A stretch of DNA of 61,780 nt, counting the filler, from Choristocarpus tenellus KU-1152 (taxonomy: Eukaryota; Protista; Phaeophyceae): NCBI GenBank assembly GCA_964200185.2. It is 10 parts of 10 records of this genome, joined end to end, with 100 filler letters (N's around TTAATTAATTAA, not from the genome) between each part and the next. Parts side by side here need not be neighbours in the genome. Positions count along the whole stretch, not along the records: positions 9,312 to 13,919 come from CAXNAD020013809.1; positions 14,020 to 18,516 come from CAXNAD020014284.1; positions 18,617 to 21,341 come from CAXNAD020025285.1; positions 21,442 to 26,161 come from CAXNAD020013351.1; positions 26,262 to 37,643 come from CAXNAD020002353.1; 5 more parts are not named here. One strand, 5' to 3'. A model generated the notes under the pieces. That model was not told the origin of the DNA. It did not search any database and saw only the letters and a program-made list of their open reading frames with translations. The position numbers and the translations under genes are program-made. Below are positions 13,190-26,332 of the stretch, one piece after another (position 1 is the first letter of the stretch; each line of letters opens with the position of its first letter).

Positions 13190-13722
13190 CCAGGGGATAT
13201 TATGGGGAAAGAGGGTCCTGTTACATTCTTGGGATACTTCCCTAGCTCCTCGTCCAGGGGTCTAGGGCAAAGTCAAGTTGGAGGTGTGGGAGGGGAGAGG
13301 TGTAGTAAAGTTGGTAGTAAAATAGTAAATCGATGATAGAAAAATGTCTTACACATTTACGATAACTGTTTACTTTTTCAGGGGTTGTGCTGATATTTTA
13401 TTGGCTTTTCATTGGTCTTTCCCCTGACAAATCTGAAAAATTTCAGAAGAGGACATAATAATAAATATTAAATTTTTATGCCATCAGACATTTTTCAGAT
13501 GTGTGAAGGGAAAAACCAACGAAAACTATTCACATGTAAGAAAAATCCCTAAAAAAGTAACAATTGTCACAGATGTGAAAAATATCTATTTGCTATTTTA
13601 CTACCAGCTATGCTGTATAGATAGTACCAATGATATGACCTCGACTCACAACAGGGATGTTGTGGAAGTCCTTAGTAGTAGATTGGGGGACATAACTTCT
13701 TTACCATCTAATATCCCCCAGG
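13190..13722. mobile_element. AT-rich imperfect foldback element (family C)
   Basis: Nested inverted pairs: CCAGGGGATATTA/TAATATCCCCCAGG; GGTAGTAAAATAG/CTATTTTACTACC; ATCTGAAAAAT/ATTTTTCAGAT. Related core at 31870-31920 and 44241-44843. Confidence 0.65.
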
Positions 13723-13766
13723 TTCGATATCTGTTGGGGAAGATACCCCCTTAACTTTTATGTTGA

Positions 13767-13919
13767 GACTCAAAGTATCTGGGAGGGAGTGGTGACTGTC
13801 CATTTGGGGCCAATTTTTTCATCTTGCAATTTTTAGGCGATTCGGTTGCATACGTCGGATGGATAATGTAAGTGCACCTTTCCTGGTTATGGGCCAAATG
13901 GACACCCTGGTGCAGACCC
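13767..13919 (+). mobile_element. MITE family B, nearly complete, cut by contig end
   Basis: Colinear with 43718-43870. Confidence 0.9.
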
Positions 13920-14333
13920 NNNNNNNNNNNNNNNNNNNNNNNNNNNNNNNNNNNNNNNNNNNNTTAATTAATTAANNNNNNNNNNNNNNNNNNNNNNNNN
14001 NNNNNNNNNNNNNNNNNNNGGGGGGGGCAGATGGGCAGATGGGATAGGATCCCTCCTTAAGAAGAGGCAATAGACATCTTCCAGCAAAAGTGAAGGTATG
14101 ACCTTGAGAGGTGGATTGAGAGTTTCCACACACAATTTTGCAAGGTAGTAAACTGAATTGAAACTGTAGACCAAGTCATGAAGAAGTGACAGAAGGATCA
14201 AGAAGTGGAAATCACCAACTATAAGAGCGTTTCCAAATATGAAAGCATCGTTCACACTCACCCTAATTTTTCTCAGAATGAGAAGGATCCAAACACTTTC
14301 TTTGACAAGAGATCTATAAACACTACATAATAG

Positions 14334-14365
<32 letters not shown>

Positions 14366-14913
14366 TATTACATTACTGTACCACTATTTTTCTTTTTTCT
14401 TTTCTTTTGCCTAACCCGTGTGGGGAGGGACCTGAGGACTCCCCATCAAAACAATATTTTATCATAATCTTAACCTTCCACAGATAGTCAAAACTAACAC
14501 ACACACACATAGAGGGGGTTGACCGCTTTGGTTATTTCTAGTTCGCTTTTTTCCAAGTTTTTTTTTTTTAAATCCTCATTTTAAAACAAAAATATGAACG
14601 CAATCAAATATATGCCTCAGAAAGGATAAGTTTCTTCTCAACAAACAGACAACACGCGCAGCAAGCTCATGACCTGTGACCTCCAAAAAACATGCTACAT
14701 GTTACATGCCCCACCAGAAAGTCAGACGGGTCACTAAAACACAGCAACACACGCGTCTTGGGTAATCTGTCTCTTGATGACAGTTCAATAAAAAAAAAGA
14801 ATTAACGTTCCATTTCTGGATTGTAAATGAACCAACTGATGTAGAATTACAGAAAAATAGTGGGTTGCTGGGAAAAGTTAATGCTTCTTCCAATCACAAC
14901 TTGTCGTACCGGC

Positions 14914-14958
14914 GACTGTCCAATCAAAGACTGTCCAACTAAAGACTGTCCAATCAAA
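14914..14958 (+). repeat. 15-bp tandem repeat x3
   Basis: GACTGTCCAATCAAA / GACTGTCCAACTAAA / GACTGTCCAATCAAA. Confidence 0.85.
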
Positions 14959-15446
14959 AAGAAAGAAAACCAATTTTCGATTCTGATCTCTTCTTTCTGG
15001 GGTGGAAGGTGCCCCCACAGAACCTTGAAAAAATGATTTAATGAGGAAGTGTTTTCCTCATCCTTAGTAGTTGGTACTTTATTAATGGCATAGTAGTACC
15101 AACATATCTATTCAGGTTAGGGTTAGGGTTAGGGATTTGGGGTGCATGTACAACAGCATCCCTTCTAACACCTCTCACTTCTAACACAGGAGCACCAAAC
15201 AAAAACAAAGGGATAATCCTCTTTCTCAATCACTCTTTTTCTCTAGCATCAAAACAACACTCTGAAAACGCTTTATTACGACCCTTCGATAACACATTAA
15301 TACAGCACTTCTATAACACTCTAACAATTACAAGAACCATTTCATCAACACCATCTCACACATCCGCACACACACAGTCACACAACTCTCACTATACTAT
15401 ACTACACTATACTATACTACACTACACTACACTGTATTTCCCATAC

Positions 15447-17927
15447 CTCCTCCAGCACAATTCGCCATTCTTCAACATCTTCCGCCAACGAACCCCCTGG
15501 TAAGGTAGAATTCTCCCCCCAAATGTTCCCACCACCGTTGGTGATACCACGACTAGACCTGCTGGTGTCATAGTTCCAGGATAACCCCTGCCCCCTGAAT
15601 GCATTAGCACTAGCTGTTGGAAAGGCAGTATCACCTCTTCCCCTCTCCCCCAAACCTTGTTGTCGTGCATGGAAGGCGGTGTGGGCAACCCAAGCAGCCT
15701 GGCCATGTCGGGTGAGGAGGAGGAGCCCTGGTGAGCCTCGCCTTGCACCCCCACCCCCAATGCAGCCTGACAGTACTCTCCTAAAGCACAGGCAATATTT
15801 GGAGCATTGAAGTAGGGATAGGGGCTTTGAAGGATGTGTGGGTCAAGGTTATGGTAAGTTTGGGGTCATGGATACAATTGCAGTCTGTTGTAAGAGATTC
15901 ACTTGGTAAATGAATAAATAAAAATACAATGTATGTAGATGCTCCTATCCATACAACACAATACAATACAATATTTGTTTCACAAACCAACTTCACTCAG
16001 TACTCAACAGCCTCCCAGGCAATAAAAAACCCCACTTCATATTCTTATGAATGTAAAAGACAGTGAGTATTGGATCTATGTACAACAGCAGCACATGCAC
16101 CAACCATACAATTTCTTAAAAGCATCTACATCCAACAAGATGCAAGTACAAAGGCCGCCATGGAGCAGCTGCTCTCTGAGACAGAAGGGATAAACTGTTT
16201 TCTTCAATACTGACTACCTTTCAAGCATTAAAACAACAACAATAATAATAATAATAATAAAAAGGAAATGGCGACCCAAGCCCGATGCGTAAGCCCAATC
16301 AAGTGTTGTGCACTCAACTCTTCCCATCTATACCCCCATTAACACCTCATCCCTCGGGCTCGATGTTCCAGGGGCGGTGAGGGGGGCGGGCCACACTTTT
16401 CTGATCAGCACTCAATCAGAGAATACCTTCAAATCGGCAGTGCACTTCTGCCCTTTCATCAAGACAAAAACTTGAAGGCAACAGACAAAAATCAAGACAC
16501 TCTTTCATCACTCTTCACTACCCAAAGCCTCACCTTGTCAATGTCAAGTCACTCTCATCACACACAACTGCAGCAGGAGCAATCGTCTCCCACCCATCCT
16601 CTCTAGCACCACCCCCACTGCCATCAGAGAAGCCCTCAAGTGTGAGCATAACTGTGACCACCACTGCCGATGGCGATGCACCCCCAACAGCACGGTTTAC
16701 CCCACCCACCCCTCCTGGGGGCTCAGGCCAAAGGATGTGGACCTTCATGGGTCGGTCAGGGCTGGTCCCCAGAAGGGTGGGGTCGAGAGCATTCGAGGCA
16801 ATTACCTCAGCATCGGGCACAAGGGAGGCCTTAGGAGGGAAAGCTTGTGGGGCAACAATCGGCCCAGACTCTAGAGGGAAGGAGGCCATCACCTGACACA
16901 GGTGTTGGTCGAGCAAGGAAGGGGGGGGGGGTGGAGTGACTAACCATGCCAGCTGAGATAATAAATAATGACAATATACGCACTTTGATAATGCCAAATA
17001 AAAACACACTACAAAATATAGTTTTCATGCATTGCATGTGGTGGGCAGGGAAGGTGGCAGGCAGAGGGCATGGCGACTGATTTGCTTGTTACTATTAATA
17101 TCACCACTGGGAAGGACAACTTGCCCTATCCAGGGATGGCATCGCTCACACCAACGGATGCACAGCAAAAGGACAAACAGAACAGCAATTTACAGCCCTT
17201 CCTTGCACCCCACCCTCACCACCCCCCTCCCCAATTGTCGTCAAGCACTGAGTAAGAAAAAAAAGCACAAGAATTCTCCATCACAACATACCTGCACGCC
17301 TCCATCACCAGAAACCCAAGATGTCCCATTTACCGCCACCCGAAGATGGTGCAGAGAGAACCGAGCTGATGGAACCTCCCCATCACCTTCCCTCCTCACC
17401 CCTGGTCCCACCCCCTCAGGTGACACTGGCAGTGATGATAAGGGCACCGAGGCAGCAAGCAACAGAAAATCCTCACGCCCCTCCCCCCCCATGCCAACTG
17501 GCTTCAGGTCAATCAACCACACCTTTCCACCTTGGCAGGCAATGCTCACATCCTTTTGGAGGTGACGAGAGAGTATCAATGCCTCCCCCCCGACCCCCCT
17601 CCCCCCTGCCCCAACACTGCCCACTCCCTCCACGCTCCAGACCTCCAATGTATCTGACGACATGCTGACCACCCTGCATGTAGAGCTTCCCTTCCCCTCT
17701 ATACCCCTGTCTCTCTGGGGAAGGACAATCAAGCTCACAACTGGACTGGTTGCCGCAGCACTAGAAGATCTGGAGGGGGATCCTCCCCCACCCCCACCCT
17801 CGTCCCCATGACTACCACCACGGTTGGGGCTTACATCTGACCCATCTGTTTCTGCAGTGCCTTGAGCCCCGCCTACACCCGCCCAGTACGCCCTGGGGGC
17901 ACTGAGGGCAAGGACACCCAAGGCAGA
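15447..17927 (-). CDS. Partial multi-exon protein, possibly a Nup133-like N-terminal beta-propeller; exons 17927-17292, 16892-16534, 15766-15447
   Basis: Long GC-rich open exons with GT-AG ends; the first two join in phase. Beta-rich motifs TLEVWSV, KVWLIDL, DFLLLAAS, FSLHHL. Phase of last junction unresolved; family call tentative. Confidence 0.45.
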
Positions 17928-18779
17928 CTTTCAAGGGCACAGGAGGAGGGGGGGGGGGGAAGGAGGGCATCTGATGACTCGATGTTGTGTTGATATTGTC
18001 TGATGTAGAACGACGTGAAATATCCCAGTATGGAAAGCTGGACAGGCGTTTCTATTTCACGAGTACCAAAGTCATGTGGACAAAGACAGTTGGTACCCAG
18101 CACCAATACCCGAGTACCAAGGAATACATTATTGCACCTGTGAATTGGGGAAGCAACATTTGACACCTTCTTCCATGGTGTCAAAAAATGCTGTACTGAT
18201 CACTTGTTACACTCTGCACAAAAAATGATAATATTGCTGGTATCTCACCCCCCCCCCCAAAAAAAAAAAATGGTAAAAAGACTCAAGTACTGTTGTGTTG
18301 TTGTGTGTGATTCATTCTTACCTAATGCACGCCATGAAAAACGTCAGTCACAACATACATCACATACACCTACGTTATTGGGAGGGATTTTGAAGCAATC
18401 ATTTGTCATTGGATAGGGATAGGAACAAAAACCTCGATTGATTCTGTCACTGTAAAGAAAAAAAAAAGGGGGGGGGGGGGGGGCGAAAAAAAAAACGTAC
18501 AAAATTACAAACGAGTNNNNNNNNNNNNNNNNNNNNNNNNNNNNNNNNNNNNNNNNNNNNTTAATTAATTAANNNNNNNNNNNNNNNNNNNNNNNNNNNN
18601 NNNNNNNNNNNNNNNNGGTCATCTCGGCGCTAGCGCGGTCGGCCGGGGGGGGGGGGGGGGTGTCGCGGGGCGGATGTTCAACACTGGCCTTTTTTTGGTC
18701 TGTAACCTCACCCCTGTTCCACTCTTCTGTGTTGTTTTTGGGATTGTTGGTGCTCTTTTGTTCCCCCCCATGTGGATAG

Positions 18780-20998
18780 GATAATGTAGCAGGGAACTCC
18801 AACCAACAGAGAAGATACAAGAATGCTGGCAGGAAAACCGGTCCCTCTGAACAGGTGATTCAAGATGCTGCCAGAGAACGGGAGGCACATAGGAACTACC
18901 ATGGACACCACCTTCACAAGAAGGTCAAAGCCGGTCATGAAGAGGTAGATGAGGAGGTGAGGTACTCTCTGGAGAGTGATGGTATTGATTGTTTTATCAG
19001 CTAAAGCTGCGCGCCTTTTCAAGCAATGCTTGTCTATTTTCAAGTCATTTTCTTCACGACTGCAGAGGGTCAATGACAGTTTCAATGGGGTTAATGGCAT
19101 AACGGCGTACTAATCGACCAAGTACTGATTTGATTGTCGGAAAGATTTGAGAAATTTCTGGATTAGGTAGCAGCCTACTATAGTTCAAATGCCCTTTTTT
19201 GTAGCTTGTATTCCATATATTGTGGAGTATAAAGGCACTGATAGATATTTTTATTGGGATCAAGTGTTGAATGTGGTATTTGTGACTGAGTTGTCAGATT
19301 AGGGCAGGGAAGGATATGAAATCACACACAAGGTTATGAGTGCAAGTATTTTAGAGGGTACGAGTTTTGCCCTGTTTGTCCATTTGGGGCTTGGCTTCAC
19401 TCGGGTTTTTATATGACATTTTCCTACACCAAAATATTTCGGAGTAGGTGAAATGTACACGTTATAAAAAGCTGTGTCTGGAACAAGGATATTGACACTT
19501 CCTAACAAACATGATGATTCAAATATTTTCAAACACACACACATACACAATAGCCATAATTTCATTAAAATCGCAACATTGGATTTTGACCCCCAAATGG
19601 ACACGGCTCTACCTTCTAAGATACTTTGGCTCTTATATATGCACTCTTTTAGGGTTAGGATGTTTAGTTGAAATGCCAACTGTGTGTCAATACCTTCCAG
19701 GAACTTTTCCCATAGTACTAGGTCTGCTAAGATGGGTGTAACATGTACTGTATGTGACTCTTGTACTTGAGAGAGTAATTTGATTCAAACAGTACAGTGT
19801 TGTGTGTAAGAATAGGAAACAGCCGCGAAGCCATTACTAGAAAGACCTGCCAACTATTAATACTCTTAACTGAAGATGAAGGGTTAGGGTTAGGGTTAGG
19901 GTTTAAATGATCAACTAACTCTGTCTTGTTATTTTCATTGTACTCTGAGCCAGGAATTGAATGAGGGCAAGCACCATCATCATCACCATCACGCCTTCCA
20001 TCACAACAACACTGACCCCAATCAGGTGCGTGTAGCATGACTTGTGCATTTGCCGTTATGGCATTACATCACCTATCCTTGACCGACCTGACCTGACCTG
20101 TGGTCAGAGGTGCACATGCCTTGCTTCTTGCATGTTGGGTCCAAACCACAGGTGGTGCCTGGAAGGAATTTTTTGTGGCTTGACGTGAATGTTTTTGACC
20201 CTAGATTAGGGTGTGTGTGTTGTTTTTTTCATGCTCCTTGGTCTGATTATGTGTTAAGATATTTTATTTGAGTTATTTTATGCTGAAGTACAGGAGGATT
20301 AGAGTACATGGTTAGGGTTAGGTTAATGTTTCTTTGCAATGGTGGTCTGTAATGTGTGTTCTTCACCTATTCTGGTAGCAGTGTTTGTTTAAAGCAATGC
20401 ACTAGGTCAAAGAATCCCCTTGTGCCATCTGGAACTACCACCATTTTTTGTAGTTAATGGATCAATACTGAAGATTAGCAGCTGTCTCAAGAATATAAAT
20501 TGCACCAGTAGTTCAGTCGATGGAGTTTGGATTAGGGTTAGAGTTAGGATGACACCTCCCATTTGTGCCCCTTTGTAGAGTGTTGGATACAGTGTGTGCC
20601 TTATTCCTCTCTCTCTATAATTGATAAGAACGTTAATATGAAGCAGTGCTTTCATTCACTCTCACTCTGCAATGCAATTTCTGAGATTATCCTGTCCCTG
20701 ATCCAGTAGTAGTTGTCCTCTGATGCTCACTCTTTACCCTTTGGAATTTACACTCAGAAGGAGCTCTAAGGTTTGAGTCAACAAACTCCTCTTCCTGGTG
20801 CTTAATATTCTAAACATGATACTCCAACCCCACAGTCTGGGTGATTGGTTGTTGGAATGTACAATGTTTACTGTTGCAGTAAGTTTGACTATATGGGAAT
20901 TCTGTCTTTTGCTCCTGTTGGATCTAACTCAGCCCTCAGGCCCTGGAACACACAGTCACCACCACCAGAGCTTTCACCACAAGCCTGGAGATGAAAAG
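18780..20998 (+). CDS. Partial His-rich protein; exons 18780-18956, 19954-20025, 20933-20998
   Basis: Three phase-0 AG/GT exons: ...EAHRNYHGHHLHKKVKAGHEEVDEE | ELNEGKHHHHHHHAFHHNNTDPNQ | PSGPGTHSHHHQSFHHKPGDEK. Confidence 0.6.
19338..19632 (-). mobile_element. MITE family A variant with small internal insertion, inside an intron
   Basis: Same TIRs; exact 4-bp flanking duplication TTAT. Confidence 0.9.
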
Positions 20999-21441
20999 GT
21001 CAGTGCAGAGCAACATTTTATGACCACATAATGTTATTGTAAATATGAAAAAGTGGCTGTGTGGAATGTTGATCCCAGAGGGTTAGGGTTAGGCTTTTCT
21101 TTCGACCCCAATCTTAGTTATTTTTTATTCTTTTCTTTTTATTAATTTTTTTTGTTAAAGCGAATTAGAAATTTTATTTCCCATGTAATAGTGTCCCTGT
21201 TTGGAGAGAAGTGGAGGTTCCTTTTCCATGGGCTTAGAGGTTTTGTGTGCAAGATATTGACATCGACCCAAATTATCTGGGGGGGGGGGGGGGGGGGGGG
21301 GAGGGGGGGGGGGGGGGGCTTGGTGGGTTAAACTTGTAAAANNNNNNNNNNNNNNNNNNNNNNNNNNNNNNNNNNNNNNNNNNNNTTAATTAATTAANNN
21401 NNNNNNNNNNNNNNNNNNNNNNNNNNNNNNNNNNNNNNNNN

Positions 21442-24371
21442 TTCCTTTGCTGCGCGTGCATCTCCCCCCCCCCCGCCCCCTGCCCCTTTCCTCTGTTTGA
21501 TGCTCCCGGCGGCAATCCTTAGTTCGTCTGCATCCTTGGGTAGAGCTGTTTGAAGAATCCTTCGGGAGATGCCCCTGAGATGGGACTGGATGCCCTCGGC
21601 GCACTTCACTCTGTACACATCATTTTTTTTTTTCGTGGCACGCCGGGGGTGTGTGGGGGGTGGCACATTGGAGTTCGACACCATGATACTGCGGTTGATC
21701 TCACAACACTTTCACTAGGGTTAGGGTTAAATTGATAACGATAAATGAGGTCAACGCGTGGGAAGTTTTCATGCGGAGAGAGAAGCAACACAATTAATCT
21801 CTGCAAGGGTTAGGGTTAGGGTTAGGTCTGAGAATGAACCTGCAATCTTTCACAAGGACTGTATTTTTATATATCGTAAGGTGCAGAAGATTGCGTTGTA
21901 TGCAAGTAAGAAAATGGACAGATAAAGGTGTACCTTTGATGCGATAAAGGAGAACCTTCTATGAGGTGATGTACAGGCTCACACCAATGGCAAGGCACCA
22001 TGCCTCTACACTAAATTTCAACATACACGCACACACACACAAAGATTAAAAAAAAAATCGGTAGACAGAAATGGCAACAATACAACAACCCTAACGCTAC
22101 TGCAGCTCCTCTTTGCAGAAAATATGAAAAAAAAAATGGGATGAGCACCCATCAACTATCCCTGGAGGCCATCGATGAACAGAACAAATACTTCCAACAT
22201 TCTTTTTTTCTCTTTTATATAAAAGAGGATTAAAAAAAAAACATAGTTGATTCTCAAAACTTCCATGTGCCGAAGACCTACCTAAAGAGCTCAGCTCCTG
22301 CCTCTCCTTTAAACTTGCTGTCTTGTGGGTCAGGCATGGATGCTGGCCAAAAGCCCTTACTTCGGTGCCATTCCTGCCATAGGACGAGGCTCTGCATGCA
22401 TTGGAGGAGGAGGGGGAGCATGGCATTGAAGTTTTATATCCACACGCCATTCAAAGCAATGCCATCTCCGGGTGTAGATTCTTTTCATCATCCTCCAACT
22501 AACTTGGAGGACGGGTGTACAATTTGAAGGGTTGCTTGGAGTGGATAATGAAAAGAATTATAGCATTATACTCTTTTTGAAAAAGTAGTATGCACCCCAT
22601 GGATGCTGAAGTAGGTGGACTTGGGTGTGATATACTGCATCTATCAAGATTGAAGCATAGTACCAGGTTGCATGTGAGGTTGAGCTATGCCCGGGAGTGC
22701 TTGGGGATCTCCACTCAAAACTGTTCAAGATCGCAGTATGATTTTTCAGCGTGATTTTCTACTCAACACATGTGGGAAGTGACACAACAAGGTACCTGCT
22801 TGTGTTGATCGTCCTTCTTGGGGTATAGCCATAGTGGAGAGGACACAATGCAACAGGCTGGGGGAATGTCTCTTTCTGAAATAATCCAAGAAAAGCTGGC
22901 ACACTTAACTCTAATGCACATTTGATGCCTCCGTTAAGGCAGGAGCATCAAACCCAACCATACAGAGGTGATGTGTATACCTACCTCTATCTCATCTTCT
23001 TGACGAGTTGGAGTTCCTTTATCATTGTCCTTGCTTTGGGCCCTGCTCTTTTGGGATCTCCCCCACCCGTTTGGGATGTTGAGCGCCTTTGAGACAGTCT
23101 CATGGGCTTGCACATGTCGTCGAAGACGGGCGGCAATTGTGCAAGCTGCGTCTCTTATAGCGAGCTCGTCAACCACGGCGCTGAGACGGTGGTCTACAAA
23201 CAAGACCAGCGAGTCAATGAAACCCTGCTCATGATGCAACAATCGCAGAGGGCGAGGTGGGGTCGAATAAGGGTTGGGTGGTTATGGCGGATTGCCTGGT
23301 AGTGGGTGAGAGGCGCAGTGATATCTCACATACCGTGAGAGTGTAAGGTCATGTGATACCTGTTTGGCTGTATTGATGCCTGGAAATTACCTCAGCCCCA
23401 CCTTGATTACACCGGTCTTGCGGAGGACTCCACTCATGATCCAGTTGTGTAATCCCTCATCTGCACCCAGTAGCTTTACTGCCGCATCTACCAGGCCTGT
23501 GATGGACTCCACGAACAAGCGACTGTCTTCATCACTCGCACCCAGCAAGCAGTTGGTCCCGCTGTCTGAAGCCCCCGTCGACCCTTTGGACGCATCCTGA
23601 TTTATGTCAGAAGGAAGTACCGATGAAAGCTTGGCTTCATCTTCCTGGTAGTCAAGCTGGGAGGGAAAAGGTGTGCGTGTGCGTGTGGGCGCATGTCACA
23701 CTAAATGGTTGGATGTTTGGTACGTTCACTTCTTAATAGTCCTCGAATATGAGCTAGCAGGCGAGAAGTATGTCAAACACGTAGCAAATGGGACATACTG
23801 TTACTTCATCCTACGTAGAAAGAAGGGACACTGAAGACCTGTACATTCCACTACTACAGAATGTGCGAATTACATTTGGGAACAATTGCGCGCAGGGGGT
23901 GCTTATCCTTAATTCTGAAGTCATCAGTACCTGAGCCCTTACTTCTTTGATATCAGTCATATCCACCGACAGAGAACGCCGCTTCTGTAAGGGAGGTCCT
24001 CGTCTTCTCGGCGTGGTGTCAACATCGCGCCACCTGAAGTTGATCAAAGAGTAAAAAGTTAGGTCTTTAGTTGTACTCTTCCCCAAAGCACACACACATT
24101 CACATGGCAGTAACACAAGCCCCATGGAGAATGATTCTGCCAGCGAGTATATCAAAGCTTGAACTTCAATGCAAACGGTCATAAGATGAGGTTAGGCGTC
24201 CTCAAGTTGAAGCTGGCAGGACCTGTCTGAAAATATGTAAATACCAGAATGACAAGAACCCCAGAACGGCAAGTTCAGCGTTTTGAGGGGCTACTTTGCA
24301 AACCTGCGTGAGAGCGTTCGAGGTCCGCAAGATCGCTGCCTAAGAGCACGATTAGATTGTCGAATAGGCAT
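21442..24371 (-). CDS. Hypothetical protein, 5' part; exons 24371-24304, 24033-23943, 23656-23402, 23224-22985 and a probable exon from ~21610 to the contig end
   Basis: First four exons splice in frame at GT-AG sites from ATG 24371; no domain recognised. Confidence 0.55.
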
Positions 24372-24575
24372 TGGCTTGACAGTGTTTCCCTGTCATAGGA
24401 CCTGTTTCACTACACTTGTATTACTAGGGTGTGATGGTGTGAGGAAAAATCAAGAATTCAAAACAATGCAGAAGCCTCCTTGATGTTGAAACTCTAAGAA
24501 TCTGATTGATTGTTGTATATTTTGTTGTACCTCTTCAAAGACGGGTTGGAGGTTTCGAGTTTGGGTCAGTAGACG

Positions 24576-25934
24576 ATGCCTACAGGGTCGATGAAAGCCT
24601 TACTCGTGCTGATCCTTCTGTTGGGAGAATGTACGCTGCTGGTATTCTCAATGCGAGACGGGAATGCTCCTGATATGTGCACCTCTATTGGTGTGTCTTC
24701 AATGGTTAGTTGACTCCGTATCATGAACAACAAGACAACACCATATTCCCTGTGTGTCTATGCCAAACACTCTGCCTACTTCATACTTCGAGTGAAGATG
24801 CTCAGCCCTTGTTCAATGCTGGTTTCAATGGAAAATTTGCGTCCGTCTTGTATCATTTGAGCAGGCAACTGAGGACGGGAGTCCGATGTTGACACACACT
24901 GCTGATTGCGAGGATTGCGACTTCCGATTGTCCAAGGTACGCGGAGCGATCGATTTGACACTCTAGCGGTTGTGCTTTACTCGTAATTTAGTTAGCAGGG
25001 GTGGTGCATGTGCTTTGTGTATTGTGACTCTCGTGTTCCTGTTGATCAACACTGTAGTTGTCATGACCTTACCCATTTCTCCACCATAGGTTGCCCCTCG
25101 TGATTGGGCGGAGGGATCTCTACGGCCTGTGTACCTCTATCATCCTCAGTATCCTCGACTCGTCAGCGAAGAGCGTGGTGCCACGTGGACTCTGGAGAAT
25201 CTTTTGAGTGACGACTTGGATCAGAGGGAGGCCTGGGAGGAAACAATCCCGATTGGATACATTCCACAGGTGGGCGAAGGCGTTCCAAGTTTGATACCTC
25301 TCCAAGCTACTTGTGAAGGCGTCACACTGGCATTTTAGCATCTCTATTTCTTCCTCGTCAATTCGAACACCCGTCACCAACACTGATTAATCGTTGTACC
25401 ACTACTACTGTGTTCGCCTTGGATCGGGTAGATGTAGGAATGCTGAGATATTGGAGTTCGTATTTCAAAGCATGACTTAGGGCCTTGGGCTCGAAGCACC
25501 GTGGAGACCTGTCGAATATCTGCTCTACCTGTCGTTACCCAAGTCACAGCTATATAAAACATTGTTTTGCCGCAAGGAAGAGACATGTAAAGTATTTGGC
25601 AACTAAGGCAGCTATCATTCTTCCACAGATGGCCTCATGTCGGACTTCAATCTCTTCACTTTTCTATTTTCCACCAACCTTTGATTGACTCTGGATCACT
25701 CTTAGTCTGCAAGGCCTCAATGGGCAATCCTCCTATCGCCCCAACCATCCCCCTATCAATCTGTGGAAAGGTCAACCACACTCATGGACTATTGGAAACG
25801 ACGTATGGCATTGCAAATGACCAAGGCGTTGCCATTGGAGAGAGCACAGCAGCTGCTGCGTTCTTCTCATTGCCAGTGTCAGAAGTGTCTGAAGGGGAAA
25901 GGGGGGCCCTATTGGACGTCTCTGAGCTGTCAAA
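24576..25934 (+). CDS. Secreted peptidase family C69 (dipeptidase/secernin-like Ntn hydrolase), 5' part; exons 24576-24704, 24865-24936, 25090-25269, 25771-25934
   Basis: Signal-like MKALLVLILLLG; CTSIGVSSM|ATEDGSPMLTHTADCEDCDFRL; PIGYIPQ|VNHT; YGIANDQGVAIGEST; all joins in phase. Confidence 0.85.
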
Positions 25935-26134
25935 GTGAGGGGCATTGTACATTGACATACACTTACCCAAGATATACTACTGTATTATTGCATTGAAGAG
26001 CATTTAGAGCAAGAATAGATGTACTGTACATCCCACAGCAATTTTCCAGCAATGACCCAAGATTGCTGTGTAGCTGATGGTCCTCTACAGCTTTGACAAA
26101 AGTCGACCGTGGCATTCTCAGAAGAAGAAAACAA

Positions 26135-26161
26135 GGTTCAAAGTATCTGGGGGGGTGGGGG
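26135..26161 (+). mobile_element. MITE family B left TIR at contig end
   Basis: GGTTCAAAGTATCTGGGGGGGTGG followed by gap. Confidence 0.75.
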
Positions 26162-26261
26162 NNNNNNNNNNNNNNNNNNNNNNNNNNNNNNNNNNNNNNN
26201 NNNNNTTAATTAATTAANNNNNNNNNNNNNNNNNNNNNNNNNNNNNNNNNNNNNNNNNNNN

Positions 26262-26332
26262 CCCAAAAATCGCGACATACAAAAATTGACCCCAAATGGA
26301 CAGCCGCCACCCCCTCCCAGATACTTTGAGCC
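26262..26332 (-). mobile_element. MITE family B left part at contig start
   Basis: Reverse complement GGCTCAAAGTATCTGGGAGGGGGTGGCGGCTGTCCATTTGGGGTCAA. Confidence 0.85.
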
